Notes: generated by a model not told the origin, from the sequence alone. Shown: positions 24,523 to 37,449, counted from the first letter of the stretch. The stretch: 64,000 nt of DNA from Dictyostelium discoideum (GCA_000004695.1 CM000152.2:2080001-2144000); one strand, 5' to 3'. Numbers and translations: made by a program.

Positions 24523-25867
24523 ATGAAATTACTTATTTTAACTTTATTTTTAGCTACTATTGTTTTAGCTCAAGCTTTAACGTAAATATTAAGATTTATT
24601 ACTTTAATATATAATATTTTCAAACAAACAATCAAAAAAAAATAAAAATAAAAATAAAAAATAAAATAAAATAAAAAAATAATTATAATAATAATAATAA
24701 TAAAAGAATAATAAAAAAAAATAAAATAAAAAAATAAAAAAATAAATATTAATAATAAATTTTAATTAAAATAGAGTACCATTAAACTTCCATCAAGCTT
24801 CAAGAGAATCTAGAAGAAGAGTTCCACAAAAATGGTCAAACAGATTATCTGCTCTCAATGCTGGTACCACAATCCCAATTTCAGATTTTGAAGATGCTCA
24901 ATACTATGGTGCCATTACCATTGGTACCCCAGGTCAAGCCTTCAAAGTAGTTTTCGATACTGGTTCATCCAACTTGTGGATTCCATCAAAGAAATGTCCA
25001 ATCACTGTTGTTGCATGTGATTTACATAACAAATATAACAGCGGTGCCTCAAGCACATATGTCGCCAACGGAACTGATTTCACCATCCAATACGGTAGTG
25101 GTGCTATGTCAGGTTTTGTCTCTCAAGATTCCGTCACTGTTGGTTCATTAACTGTTAAAGATCAATTATTCGCTGAAGCCACTGCCGAACCAGGTATTGC
25201 TTTCGATTTCGCCAAATTCGATGGTATTTTAGGTCTTGCTTTCCAATCCATCTCTGTTAATTCAATTCCACCAGTCTTTTACAACATGTTATCACAAGGT
25301 TTAGTTTCATCAACACTCTTCTCCTTCTGGTTATCAAGAACTCCAGGTGCCAACGGTGGTGAACTCTCATTCGGTTCAATCGATAACACCAAATACACTG
25401 GTGACATTACCTACGTCCCATTAACCAACGAAACCTATTGGGAATTCGTTATGGATGACTTTGCTATCGATGGTCAATCAGCTGGTTTCTGTGGTACTAC
25501 TTGTCACGCAATTTGCGATTCAGGTACATCACTCATTGCTGGTCCAATGGCTGATATTACTGCCCTCAATGAAAAATTAGGTGCTGTCATCTTAAATGGT
25601 GAAGGTGTCTTCTCTGATTGTAGCGTTATCAACACCTTACCAAATGTTACCATCACCGTTGCTGGTCGTGAATTTGTTTTAACTCCAAAAGAATACGTTT
25701 TAGAAGTTACTGAGTTCGGAAAGACTGAATGTTTGAGTGGATTTATGGGTATCGAGTTAAACATGGGAAATTTCTGGATCCTTGGTGATGTTTTCATCTC
25801 TGCTTACTATACTGTATTCGATTTTGGTAATAAACAAGTTGGTTTCGCAACTGCCATTCAAGGTTAA
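24523..25867 (+). CDS. ctsD: Cathepsin D-type aspartic protease (pepsin family) with signal peptide, two exons
   Basis: Exon 1 is 24523..24581 (MKLLILTLFLATIVLAQAL-T, a signal peptide). The intron runs 24582..24774 (GTAAAT…AAATAG). Exon 2 is 24775..25867 and contains ORF 24974..25867. Both catalytic DTGSS/DSGTS motifs are present (VVFDTGSSNLWIP, AICDSGTSLIAGP), as is the flap motif YGSG. The symbol rests on my recollection of Dictyostelium cathepsin D and should be confirmed. Confidence 0.85.
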
Positions 25868-26028
25868 ATTTTTTTAATTAATTTATATTTAAGATAGAAA
25901 TAAAACTAAATAATAGAACAATATATGTGCATTGTTTTTTTTTAATATATTTAGTTTAATTATTTTTTTTTTTTTTTTGTTGTGGATGTTGAATTAAAGA
26001 TGGAAAATAAGAAAAAAAAAAAAATTTG

Positions 26029-26059
<31 letters not shown>

Positions 26060-26671
26060 CAAAAAAAAATCATTTAAATGTAGACACAGGCCCATTTAAA
26101 ATTGATAAACATTTTCCCAATTAAAATACATTACCAATTTTTTTTTTTTTTCACTTTTTTTTTATTTCTTTTAATTAAAAAAAAAAATAATAAAAAAAAT
26201 TCTAAACAATTAAATTCATTTTTTTTTTTTTTCTTTTTTGAGTGCTCTATTTATATTTACTAAATTTATGTTTAAAAAAAAAAATTAATCATTGTTATAT
26301 AAAAAAAATAAAATAAAATATTTTAAAAATAAAATGAAAAATATGTTTAATTTTAATGTTTTAATTTTTTTTAATTCAATTAATTATTTTTTCCTCCAAA
26401 TTTGTAAAAAAATAAAAAATAAATTATTATTTATTTATCACTAACTTCAATCAATTTTTTTTTTTTTTCACCAATCACTTACACCATCATAATAAAAAAA
26501 ATCAATTAATTTTTTAAAAATAAATTCATTAATTAAACAATCAACAACATTCAAATTTCAATTATTTTTTTTAACTATTAACAATTAAAAAAAAAATAAT
26601 TACTGATTCTTTGTATTTAAAAGTTATAATATTAATTAAACAAACTTTATTCTCTTTAAAATGTCTAAAAA

Positions 26672-27082
26672 ATGTTTAAGTATGTTTTCAATATTATTAA
26701 TATATTAATTTTTTTAAAATTTTATAAAAATACTGATATAAAATTATTACTATTATTTATAGCAAGTACAAAAAGAGTTGAGAAAACTAAAACAACCAGT
26801 TATTTCTCACCAGTTGTTCAAACATCACCATCTTTAATTAATTTTATGAATTCACCACCCAATACTCCAACTTCAAATACAAATACAAATACCACAAACA
26901 CAACTGCAACTACAACTAAAACTAAAACTAAAACTAAAACTACAACTAAAAATAAAACTGAAACTAAAACTAAAACTACAACTACAAATACTAATACAAA
27001 TGCAAATACAAATACAAATACAAATACAACCATTAATACAACTACAACCACCACAACCAATGATAATCCAAGGATAATTTAA
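26672..27082 (+). other. Low-complexity Thr/Asn/Lys-rich ORF of 136 aa; doubtful gene
   Basis: The ORF runs through (AACTAA)n and (ATACAA)n hexamer repeats (TKTKTKT…NTNTNANTN). No domain is recognisable. Possible short splice variants (ATG TTT AAG|GTATGT … TATAG) give only peptides of about 27 aa. Confidence 0.2.
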
Positions 27083-27180
27083 GAGTGGCATTGTTGATTT
27101 TAAATAGATTAATAAAATGTATTGTTGAAACTGCTGTTTAAAACATTTATTAATTTTTATTATTATTATTTTAAATTTTA

Positions 27181-28727
27181 TTATTATTTTTTTGTTTTTT
27201 TTCTATCATCACTTTCTCTTCCTCTTTGATATTGTAATTGATGATCAATTTCAACATCCAACTCTCTTGCAACTTGACAAACAAATAATGGATTACGTAA
27301 AAAACTTCTAGCACACATAACGATATCAGCACGATTTTCTTGTAAAATTGATTCAATTTCATCACCATGATTAATTAAACCAACAGTCGCAACTTTAATT
27401 TTATTTTCATCACCAACACCACCACCACTATTTTCATTTAATGTTTTCTTTACAGAATCTGCAAATGGAACTTGATACATTGGACAAACTTTAATTTTTT
27501 GTAAATGATTATTACCTAAAAAAAAAAAAAAAAATTAATACATATTTATTTTTAATCAAAATTCTACTAAATTAATAGTATATTTACCACCACTTGAACA
27601 ATCAATTAAATCAATTGTACCTAAATCTTTTAAAACTTTTGTAAATTTAATAGTATCTTCCATTCCCCAACCATCATCAGTCCATTCAACGCATGATAAA
27701 CGAACACCTAAAGCTTTATCTCTTGACCAAACTGAACGAACAGCTTCAATAATTTCTAATACTATTCTAATTCTATTTTCAAAAGAACCACCATACTCAT
27801 CAGTTCTTTTATTTGAAGTTGGTGATAGAAATTGGTTTAATAAATAACCATGAGCACAATGAATTTCAATGAAATCGAAACCACATTCAATACATCTAAT
27901 TGTTGATTGTTTAAAAGCTTCAATTGTATCTTTAATATCTTTTTTTGTCATTTCTTTTGGTACCATCATATAATCACTATAAGAAATTGGTGATGGTCCA
28001 AAAACTTGCCAACCATTTCCACTTGGATCATTTGGCATTATTGCATTTCTTGATCCTTCTAAAAATGGTGGTACTGTACTACCTTTACGACCTGCATGTG
28101 CTAATTGCATTCCAACATACTATTTTTTTTAAAAAAAAAAAATAATATTAAAAAAAATTAATTATCTTAGGTTTTTTTTTTTTTTTTTTTTTTTTTAATA
28201 ATAATAATAATTACAGAATCAAAAGTATGAATTAAATCACAAATTCTTTTCATTGGAGGTATTTGACTATCGTTCCAAATACCAGCATCAGCAAATGAAA
28301 TTCTACCTTCAGGTTGTACAGCTGTTGATTCAAAAATTATCATTGATGCACCACCTTTAGCAAATGTACTATATATATAAATAATAAATAAATTTTAAAA
28401 TAAAAAAAAAAAAAAAAAGTTTTTAATTTATGATTGAAAAATAATAAATAAATAAAATAAATTTATTAATAAATAAATAAATGAATAAATAAAATTGAAA
28501 AAAAATAGTATTTACCTATAATGAACTAAATGCCAATCACTCATAAGGCCACTGTTATCAGAACAACTATATTGACACATTGGTGAAACTACTAATCTAT
28601 TTTTTAATTTTAAATTATTTATTGTTATAGGTGTAAATGTTTTTGGAATATTTTTTTCTCCTGGTATTGGTATTCCAGGACCTTTATAATAATTGGGATA
28701 TTTAAATGGATATTTAAATTCTTGCAT
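27181..28727 (-). CDS. Old Yellow Enzyme / NADH:flavin oxidoreductase (YqjM/NamA-type OYE), four exons
   Basis: Minus-strand exons are 28516..28727 (MQEFKYP…LKNRLVVSPMCQYS…WHLVHY), 28215..28368 (STFAKGGASMIIFESTAVQPEGRISFADAGIWNDSQIPPMKRICDLIHTFDS), 27588..28119 (YVGMQLAHAGRKGS…FDFIEIHCAHGYLLNQFLSPTSNKRTDEYGGSFENR…IDCSSGG) and 27181..27515 (NNHLQKIKVCPMYQVPFADSVKK…ADIVMCARSFLRNP…). The introns are 28369..28515, 28120..28214 and 27516..27587, each GTAAAT/GTAATT to AG. Total length is 1233 nt, in frame. The protein is colinear with B. subtilis YqjM (MSPMCMYS, QLAHAGRK, HAAHGYL, RTDEYGGS, DCSSG). Confidence 0.85.
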
Positions 28728-29323
28728 TGTATTTTTAGAAAATAAATTAAATATTGATTTAATTTTTTTTTTTTTTTTTTTTTTTTTTAATCTATTTAAT
28801 AGATAAATATTTAACTAGTGAGAAATTTAATAATAAATTAAAAAAAAAAATAAATAAATAAAAAAAAAAATGTAAAAATAAAAATAAAACAAAAAAAAAT
28901 AAAATTATAAAAAATTAAAAATAAAATAAAAAAAATTAAAAATAAATTCAAACAATAACACCAACAATTTAATTACTATTCATGTTTAATTTTTTTTTTT
29001 TTTTTTTTATAGTTCAAAAATTGTGGTGTTGTTCAAATTTAAAGAAATGGACTGTTTTTTTTTTTTTTTTTTTTTTTTGTAAAAAAAAAGATATAATAAA
29101 TAAAAAATACTATAATGAATAGTTTTTTTTTATTATATTATATTTGATTTTATTATTAAATTTAATAAAATGATTTGGGGAGGGAGAGGATAAATTTTTT
29201 TTTTTTTTTTTTTTTTGTATTGCTATTATTTGGTTTTTTTTTTTTTTTTTTTTTTTATTTATTATTTTATTATTTTATTATTTTATTATTTATTATTTTT
29301 ATTATTATTTAAATTTAAAATAA

Positions 29324-29354
<31 letters not shown>

Positions 29355-29356
<2 letters not shown>

Positions 29357-31562
29357 ATCTTAAGAATAAAATTTCAGAATATTTTGGAACTGGCCAAGAT
29401 TTATCTTCAACAATACCTTCTAAATGATCAGAAAATTTACGAACTTCATTCATTTGTGGAATTACAGATTGATTGAGGAAAGTTGCGAGTGAATGTTCAG
29501 AATTGAAATCTTTAGTTTGTTTAATGAGAGCCAAAAGTTTTTGATTAGCTTCAATTAAGAGATTGACAGATTCAACGACTTCAGAGAGATGAGAATATTG
29601 ATGATTTGGTTGACTGAAAGATTTTTGACTTTGAATGAATGGCATTATAGAGTTTACAGATTCAGCAATATTCTTTTGATGAGCAAAACAAGCTGGAAGT
29701 ACCAAAGTTGAAACTAAATCATATAAAGAGTTTGCTTCGATTTTAATTGATTTATTATAAATTTCAAAGAGAATCTCTTGACGTGATTCCAATTCAACTG
29801 GTGAGAGAATATTACTTTCAGAAAAGAGTTTAATATTCTTTTCAGAGTTAATATTTGTTAAAGCCTCTGGAGTCGATGGTAAATTTGCTAAACCTCTAGA
29901 TTTGGCGAGTTCTTTCCAATCACCACTATAACCATCACCATTGAAAACAACACGAACATGTTGAATCAATGTATCTTTAATGATTTTATTGAATGCAGTT
30001 TGTCTACTACTAACTTTCATCTCTCTGAGAATCTCTTCACGAATGAAACGTAATGATTCAGCAACAATGGTATTCAATACGATACAAGGGAAATTTACAA
30101 CTTGTGAAGAACCAACAGCACGGAATTCAAATTTATTACCAGTGAAAGCAAATGGTGAAGTACGATTACGATCAGTGCTATCCTTTGGAAGTGGTGGGAA
30201 CCCAACGACACCCAAATCCATATCATCTGAACCTGGTGCTTGAATATCGGTATTGTTAATGATATTGTTAATCACGGTATCAAGTTCCTTACCGAGATAG
30301 ATTGAAATGATTGCTGGTGGTGCTTCATTGGCACCTAAACGATGCTCATTACCTGGTACTGCGACTGATGCACGAAGAAGATCAGCATGAATATCGACTG
30401 CTCTAATAATTGCTGTAAGGAAAAGAATGAAACGTGCATTTTGTGATGGTGTATGACCTGGCTCCAAAAGATTACTACCACCATCGGTTGAAAGGGACCA
30501 ATTGTTATGTTTACCAGAACCATTGACACCAGCAAATGGTTTCTCATGGAAAAGACAAACCAAACCATGTTTAGTTGAAACATTCTTTAAAATATCCATC
30601 AACATCATATTATGATCGGCTGCAATATTAGCACGTTCAAAGATTGGTGCGACTTCATATTGACCTGGTGCGACTTCATTATGTCTGGTTTTCAATGGCA
30701 TGCCTAATCTCCACATCTTCCATTCAACCTCTTGAATACATGAAATGATACGACTATTCATTGTACCGAAATAATGATCTTCCATCTCTTGACCCTTTGG
30801 TGGTTTAGCACCAATTAAAGTACGACCACAATTTACTAAATCTGGACGAGCCAAATAAAACTTTCTATCAATAAGGAAAAACTCTTGTTCAATACCCAAG
30901 GTTGGTGAAATTCTTTTATGTTTTTCATTAAATAATGAAGAGAGTGTAATGATTGATTCGTTTGAAACGTATTCCATTGAACGAAGGAGTGGAGTCTTTT
31001 GATCCAACGCTTCACCAGTCCATGAGCAAAATGCAGTTGGAATGCAAAGAATTGCACCATTCTTTTCACGACGAATAAATGCTGGTGATGTTGCATCCCA
31101 AACTGTATAACCACGTGCTTCCCATGTACTACGAATACCACCCGATGGGAATGATGATGCGTCTGGTTCACCTTTAATCAATTGCATACCTGAAAATTCT
31201 AACAACACTTTATCATCACCTGGGAATATACTAATGAATGAGTCGTGTTTCTCTGCTGCTAATCCATTCAATGGTAAAAACCAATGACAATAATGTGTTG
31301 CTCCTTGTTTAATTGCCCATTCTTTCATACCATTAGCTACCATATCTGCAATCTCTGGATCTAATGCACTACCTGTTTGCATTACTTCACGAATTTTCTT
31401 ATAACAATGTGATGGTAATGTCTCCCTCATTGCATTTAATCCATATGTATCACTATCATAAATATCTGTTAATCTATCTGCTTTATCACTAATATCAATA
31501 TCTGCTTCAACTGGTTCTCTACTATCAATATATTCAATAAATTCTCTTCTTCTATTTGACAT
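29355..31562 (-). CDS. glnA3: Glutamine synthetase type III (GSIII), 735 aa, single exon
   Basis: ORF 29355..31562. The length and sequence are characteristic of GSIII (…HYCHWFLPLNG…, NGSGKHNNWSL, the conserved GS catalytic region). The symbol is from memory of Dictyostelium nomenclature, with moderate certainty. Confidence 0.85.
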
Positions 31563-32328
31563 TTTTTTTTCTTTTTCTTCTTTTTCTTTTTAAAAAAAAA
31601 TAAATCTATATTTTATATATATATAAAAAATAAATAAATTAAATAATATTTGTTAATATTTTTATTTAAAATTTTTAAAAAAAATAAAAAAAATAAAAAA
31701 AAATAAAATAATGTAATAAAAAATTATTTATTATAATTAGTTTTTATAAAAAAAAAAATAAAAAATAAAAAAAAAATAAAAATAAAATAATTATTTTTGG
31801 TGAACTATATTACATGTCAATAATAAAAAAATAGAAAAAAAACAATGTGTTTATTACGAAAATCTATTGGGGTTATGATATTTTTTTCAATTCGATAATC
31901 TTTTTTTTTTTATTTGGGATGTGGTGTTCAAAAAAAATAAAAATAAAAATAAAAAAAATAAAATAAATAAATTCTGAATTTAATGTGTGTTTTTTACAAA
32001 ATTACATTTTTCTTTTTCTTTTCTTTTTATAATAAAATTAATAATTTATGTATGATAGTAAATTAACAATTATTATTTTTTTAGTTTTTTTTTTTTTTAT
32101 TTTTTTATTTATATTTTTTATATATATATATATATTCTATTTATATTTTATTTTTATTATTATTATTATTAATTAACTTATTATATTGGTTTTTTTTTTT
32201 TTTTTTAAGCCACAACTTAACAATATTATTAAAATACAAATAAAAAGGGAATAAATGAAATAAAATATCCTGAAATAATGATGTAATCAAAAAATTTCTG
32301 AAAATAAAAAATTTGAAAAAATCTCTTA

Positions 32329-32359
<31 letters not shown>

Positions 32360-32623
32360 GGATTTATAATAATAAATAATTAATAGAATTGTTTTTTTAT
32401 TTTAATTTAGTTTTTAATATGATAAATGTTATAAATTTAAAATAATAAAAATGTATAAATAAATAAAAAAATTGTATGATCAATTGAATTTTTTTTTTTT
32501 TTTTATTTTTTTTAAAAAAAAAAAAAAAACGATGCTTTTGAGAAAAAAATATAAAAAAAAAAAAAAAAAATTGGAGTTTTTAAATAAAATTGTGCCGTTA
32601 TGTCGGTAATTAAATGATTTTGT

Positions 32624-33053
32624 CGGCAACTTTTCACTTTTTTTTTATTTTAACGAATATTTTAACCTGAAAAAATCTTTTTTTTTGAACCTACCAATTT
32701 TTTATTTTATTTTTTTTATGAAACCATTTGACAAAAATACTCTTTTTTTTTATTATTATGACTATTATATTTTTAATTTGTTTGTAATCGAATAAAATGA
32801 ATATTAGCTGTGAGAGCCCAACCAAGAGCATGATAAACCTACACCTAAGAGAGAGAAGAATCTTGGTCAACTTTATGGTGATTTGGATCATAACAAGCAA
32901 TTACATAATCTGGATTGGCATGTTTCATTTCACCAATGATCATAATATTGGAAGCAGCAGAGGCATCGGCAACTTTTCATTTTTTTTTTTTATTTTAACG
33001 AATATTTTATAGAAAAAATCTTTTTTTTTGAACCTACCAATTTTTTATTTTAT
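32624..33053. repeat. Pair of roughly 87-bp direct repeats (32624..32710 and 32967..33053, about 90% identical) that bracket a 256-bp segment with a GC-richer ORF-like core
   Basis: Both copies read cggcaacttttca(c)ttttttttt(t)attttaacgaatatttta…aaaaaatctttttttttgaacctaccaattttttattttat. The enclosed core 32805..32966 reads on the minus strand as VADASAASNIMIIGEMKHANPDYVIACYDPNHHKVDQDSSLS, with codon usage atypical for Dictyostelium. Confidence 0.6.
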
Positions 33054-33625
33054 ATTTTTTTTTTAGGAAACTACTCTTTTTTTTTTTTTTTTTTTATACC
33101 AAATTTGAGATTACAAAATTCTTTACTATTTTTTTATTTAAGTTTTATTTTTTTTTATTTTTTATTTAATTTTTATCTTTTGGGTCTTTTTTTTTTTTTT
33201 TTTTAACCCAGTAACCATATTTTTATTTTCATTAAAAATAAATAAATAAAAAAAGGGTTTAAAAAAATTCTTTTTTTTAATTTTTTTTTTTTTCATTATT
33301 ATTTTTAATTTTAAATAGATAACACTTAATATGAAATTACTAAAAAAATAGAACACCCAAAAATACACAAAATGATATAAAATATAAAAAAAATGAATGT
33401 AACCATTATTTAATGATTTTTGAATTTTTTTTTTTATTATTTTTTTTTATTAAAAAATTTATTTTTAAAATTTAATTATCCATTTTTTTTGTAATTGTTT
33501 TTTTTTTTTTTTTTTTATTTTTTTTTTTTTTATTTTGAAGAACAATGAGAATGGAATAAATTTTATATAAGAAATATATTTTTTTTGAATATTTTTATTT
33601 ATTATTTATTATTTTTTTTATTTAT

Positions 33626-33861
33626 TTATAATTTTGGTGGAGTTGGTAAATAAATTGACATTTGAACACCTTTTCTTTCAAATTTACATTTTTCATAAAA
33701 TTTAACATTTGCTTCTGAACAATCTAAAATAATTTTATAGCAACCTGCTTGAGATCCAATACACTTTAATTGTTCAATTATTCTTTTTTTATTTTTTTTA
33801 TTTTTATTTTATTTTTATTTTTATATTTTAAAAAAAATAATAATTAATTAATTAATTAATC

Positions 33862-33904
<43 letters not shown>

Positions 33905-34348
33905 CAAAAAATTTATTTATAAATACCTTAAACCTAAATTTTTTCCTCTATAATTATTATTTACAACTATATCTTCAATATGACCACATTTTCCACAATT
34001 TCTTATAAATTTCTTTTCAACAAATAATGATCCACATGCAATGATTTTATTTAGTTTTACATCAACAGCAACGATTAAAAAATAGGTATCTGATTGTTTT
34101 TTAATTTGATTAAATCTTTCTATAAATTGTTCTTTTGTAAATTTTGCTTCTGTTAATTGTTGTAAACATTCTGAATATCCTTTATCAAAATCGTCGATAT
34201 CTAATGGTCTAAATGAAATACCATCGTCAACAATTGAACTCTTTTTGGTTTTTTTTTTTTTTTTTATAAAAATTATTTAAAAATAAATTAATAAATTAAT
34301 AAATTTCTATTTTAAATAAGGAGGTAAATAAAATAATAAAATTACCAT
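33626..34348 (-). CDS. gna1: Glucosamine-6-phosphate N-acetyltransferase (GNA1, GNAT family), three exons including a 3-nt first exon
   Basis: Minus-strand exon 1 is 34346..34348 (ATG only, followed by GTAATT). Exon 2 is 33927..34240 (SSIVDDGISFRPLDIDDFDKGY…IACGSLFVEKKFIRNCGKCGHIEDIVVNNNYRGKNLGL). Exon 3 is 33626..33782 (RIIEQLKCIGSQAGCYKIILDCSEANVKFYEKCKFERKGVQMSIYLPTPPKL, stop). The introns are 34241..34345 and 33783..33926. Total length is 474 nt, or 157 aa. It aligns with human GNPNAT1 (CYKI(T/I)L(E/D)C…FY.K.GF). Confidence 0.75.
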
Positions 34349-34473
34349 TTTTAAAAATAGTTTAATTAAATTATATTTGGAATTAAAAATAAAAAAAATA
34401 ATAAAAAAATTTATTTTTGTATTTTTTTTGATTTTTATGAAAATATTAAAAAAAAAAATTAAAAAAAAATTAA

Positions 34474-34511
<38 letters not shown>

Positions 34512-34834
34512 AAAATAAAAAAAAATAAAAAAATAAACACACTAGTGTTGGCAAATAATCATTTAAAATTAATTTTTTCAATAAATATATATATAAATTT
34601 ATATATAAATTAAATAGTAAATGAGTGTTGGTATTCCTTAAATGGTAAATATTTATTTATAAAATTTTGAAATTTTCACTTTTTTTTTTTTTTTTTAATT
34701 TTTTTTTTTTTTTAAAAAAAATTTTTATTTTTTCTTTTTTTTCAAAATAACAAAAAAAAAAAATAAATAAATAAACAAATAATAATAATTAAAAAAGATA
34801 TTACATGTATATATAGTTTTTAAAAAACGACAAT

Positions 34835-34873
<39 letters not shown>

Positions 34874-34896
34874 ATAAATACATACATATATATAAA

Positions 34897-35170
34897 ATGT
34901 ATTTTACATTTGGATGGCCAAAAATTTATTCGAGTGAAGTTTGTGAACAATTTATAGATGTTTCACATAATTCAGATAATACATTAATAGCATTCATTGG
35001 TATAACAACATTATCATTATGGTCAGGTGAACAACATAGGGTTCAACTTGGTTATATCTCACGATCTGATGATTCGATCAATAAATTTGGTAAAAATGAA
35101 AAATTATGTTGGTCACCCGATTCTTCATCAATTGCAATTGTTGTAAGTTAATTAAAAATTTTTTTTTTAA

Positions 35171-35206
<36 letters not shown>

Positions 35207-35429
35207 ATTTTATATTAATAAATTAATAAATAAAAAAAAAAAAAGACATCACTAGGATATATTATAGTTTATAGAATTGAAAAAGAAGGTATAGATATTT
35301 TAAATTTTAAATATTATAAAGATCATCACTCATCATATCTTCAACATGATATTACGAAATATTATATTAAATTTTCATCATCATTTAGACCTTCATCATT
35401 GGGTACATTATGGTAAATATATATCAATT

Positions 35430-35472
<43 letters not shown>

Positions 35473-36027
35473 TTAACCCTTAAAGAGAATAAAATTTTTT
35501 TTATTTTTTAAAATAAATAATAATAATAATAATATTATTAAAAAGTATAACATCAAATAATGAATATATTTATATATTTACAAAAGAAGGATATTTAGTT
35601 AAATCATCATGGACAGGTGAATTAATTAGTCAATTTTCATTAGATATTGTACCATTTGATGGATTAAATGATAAAAACGATACAAATAGTGGTAGTATAC
35701 CGAGTAGTTCACCATTAGTAGTTTCAAGTGTATTTTATAATCCAATATTCTCAATATTTGGTTAAATATTTGAAAATGGTTCAAGTGCAATTTTAAAAAA
35801 GAAATCAAAAGATAAATTAAGAGGTTATTGGTTATCAAAAGAAAATTCAGTTTCAATATCATTAAATTTAAAACATAGATAAGCTGCTGTTGGTTTGAAA
35901 AAGTAAAAAAAAAAAAAAAAAAAAAATAATATTTTTGTTTTAGTTTGTTTTAGTTTTAGTTTTAGTTTTAGTTTTAGTTTTAGTTTTAGTTTTTTTTTTT
36001 TTTTTTTTTTTTAAAAACCTTAAAATT

Positions 36028-36082
<55 letters not shown>

Positions 36083-36400
36083 ATATATTAATTTTTAGTG
36101 GTGATGTATTAATTTATAAATTACCAGGACCAATAATTAAACCAAAAGGATTTCAAGGTGATATTAAAGAATTAGAGAATCAAATGAATTCATGTCAATA
36201 TTTAAGAACATTTTCATTATTACAATTTAGAGAGATAACACCAGAAGCAATTGGACCAGTATCAACAATGAGGTGGAATCATGATGATAATTGTTTAGCA
36301 GTTGGTTGGAAGAATAGAGGATTTTGTGTTTGGTCAGTTTATGGTTGTAAATATAACTTGTACAATACCACAAATGAGTAATGATGGTAATAATAATATC

Positions 36401-36465
<65 letters not shown>

Positions 36466-37449
36466 TAATAATAAATATTTAGAACCATGTAGAGATGGTG
36501 TTTTATCATTTAGTTGGGGATTAGAATCATATCATTTAATTTTATTATCAAATGATAATGATGATGGTGAATTTTTTCAATTTACATTTTTAAAAGCATC
36601 ATTAGCATCGAATCCAACATTAAATTATTCTGAGCGTATTATACTTCAAACAGAGGATAGATTAATGTTATTAAATTATAAAGGTAAAGAATTGGGTGAT
36701 ATTCGTTGGAAACATCTTCAAATTCCATCAGCATATTTAAATGATAATTGGCCAATTCGACATATAGCATTATCACGTGATAGAAATCAATATGCAGTTG
36801 CAGGTAAACGAGGTATCATTTTATATAATCAATTAAGTAAACGTTGGAAAATGTTTGGTGATAGAAATCAAGAGCAAGAAATTCAAAGTCTTTCATTGGC
36901 ATGGTATAAAAATGTGGTAATCGTTGCAAACTATTCCATTGAAACCACTAAAAAACATCAATTTCTATTCTTTCCAAAACAACATCTTGATAATTCCTCA
37001 TTATTATACTCTTATCAAATACCTCAAAACCATACACCACAACTATTAGATTGTAATGATATTCATTTAGTATTATTCACTCAAGAATCTTTCTTTTATT
37101 TATTTAGAGTTTTAGAACGTAATCAAAAAATTGAATTACATTTAGTTCATACATTATCAATGGCTGTACCATCAATACCTTTATCAATTTCATTATTACC
37201 ACCAATTCAAGTTTTATTAAATAATAATATTAATAATAATAGTAATAATAATATTAATAATAATATTATTAATAATAATATTATTAATAATAATATTATT
37301 ATTAATAATAATAATCAATCAAAATCATCTTTTATTTCTTCACCAATTAAATTAAATAGAAATAATAATACTAATACTAATAATAGTAATAATAATATAA
37401 CAAATAGTCCATCTTCTCAACAACAATTACAACAATTACAACAACAATT

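Noticed and set aside
35761-35801. Mini-introns (32-41 nt) that would remove the in-frame TAA codons and the frameshift in RIC1
   Set aside because: They are far below the minimum Dictyostelium intron length of about 60 nt, they lack GTAAGT-type donors, and they would delete residues that align to human RIC1 (IFENGSSAIL, LICTLGG).
36302-36381. Apparent Met start of the long RIC1 ORF at 36302 and the separate 65-aa ORF 36184..36381
   Set aside because: The 'M' at 36302 is a TTG scored as an alternative start by the ORF caller. Both pieces are parts of one RIC1 exon separated by the 1-nt frameshift. Neither is an independent gene.
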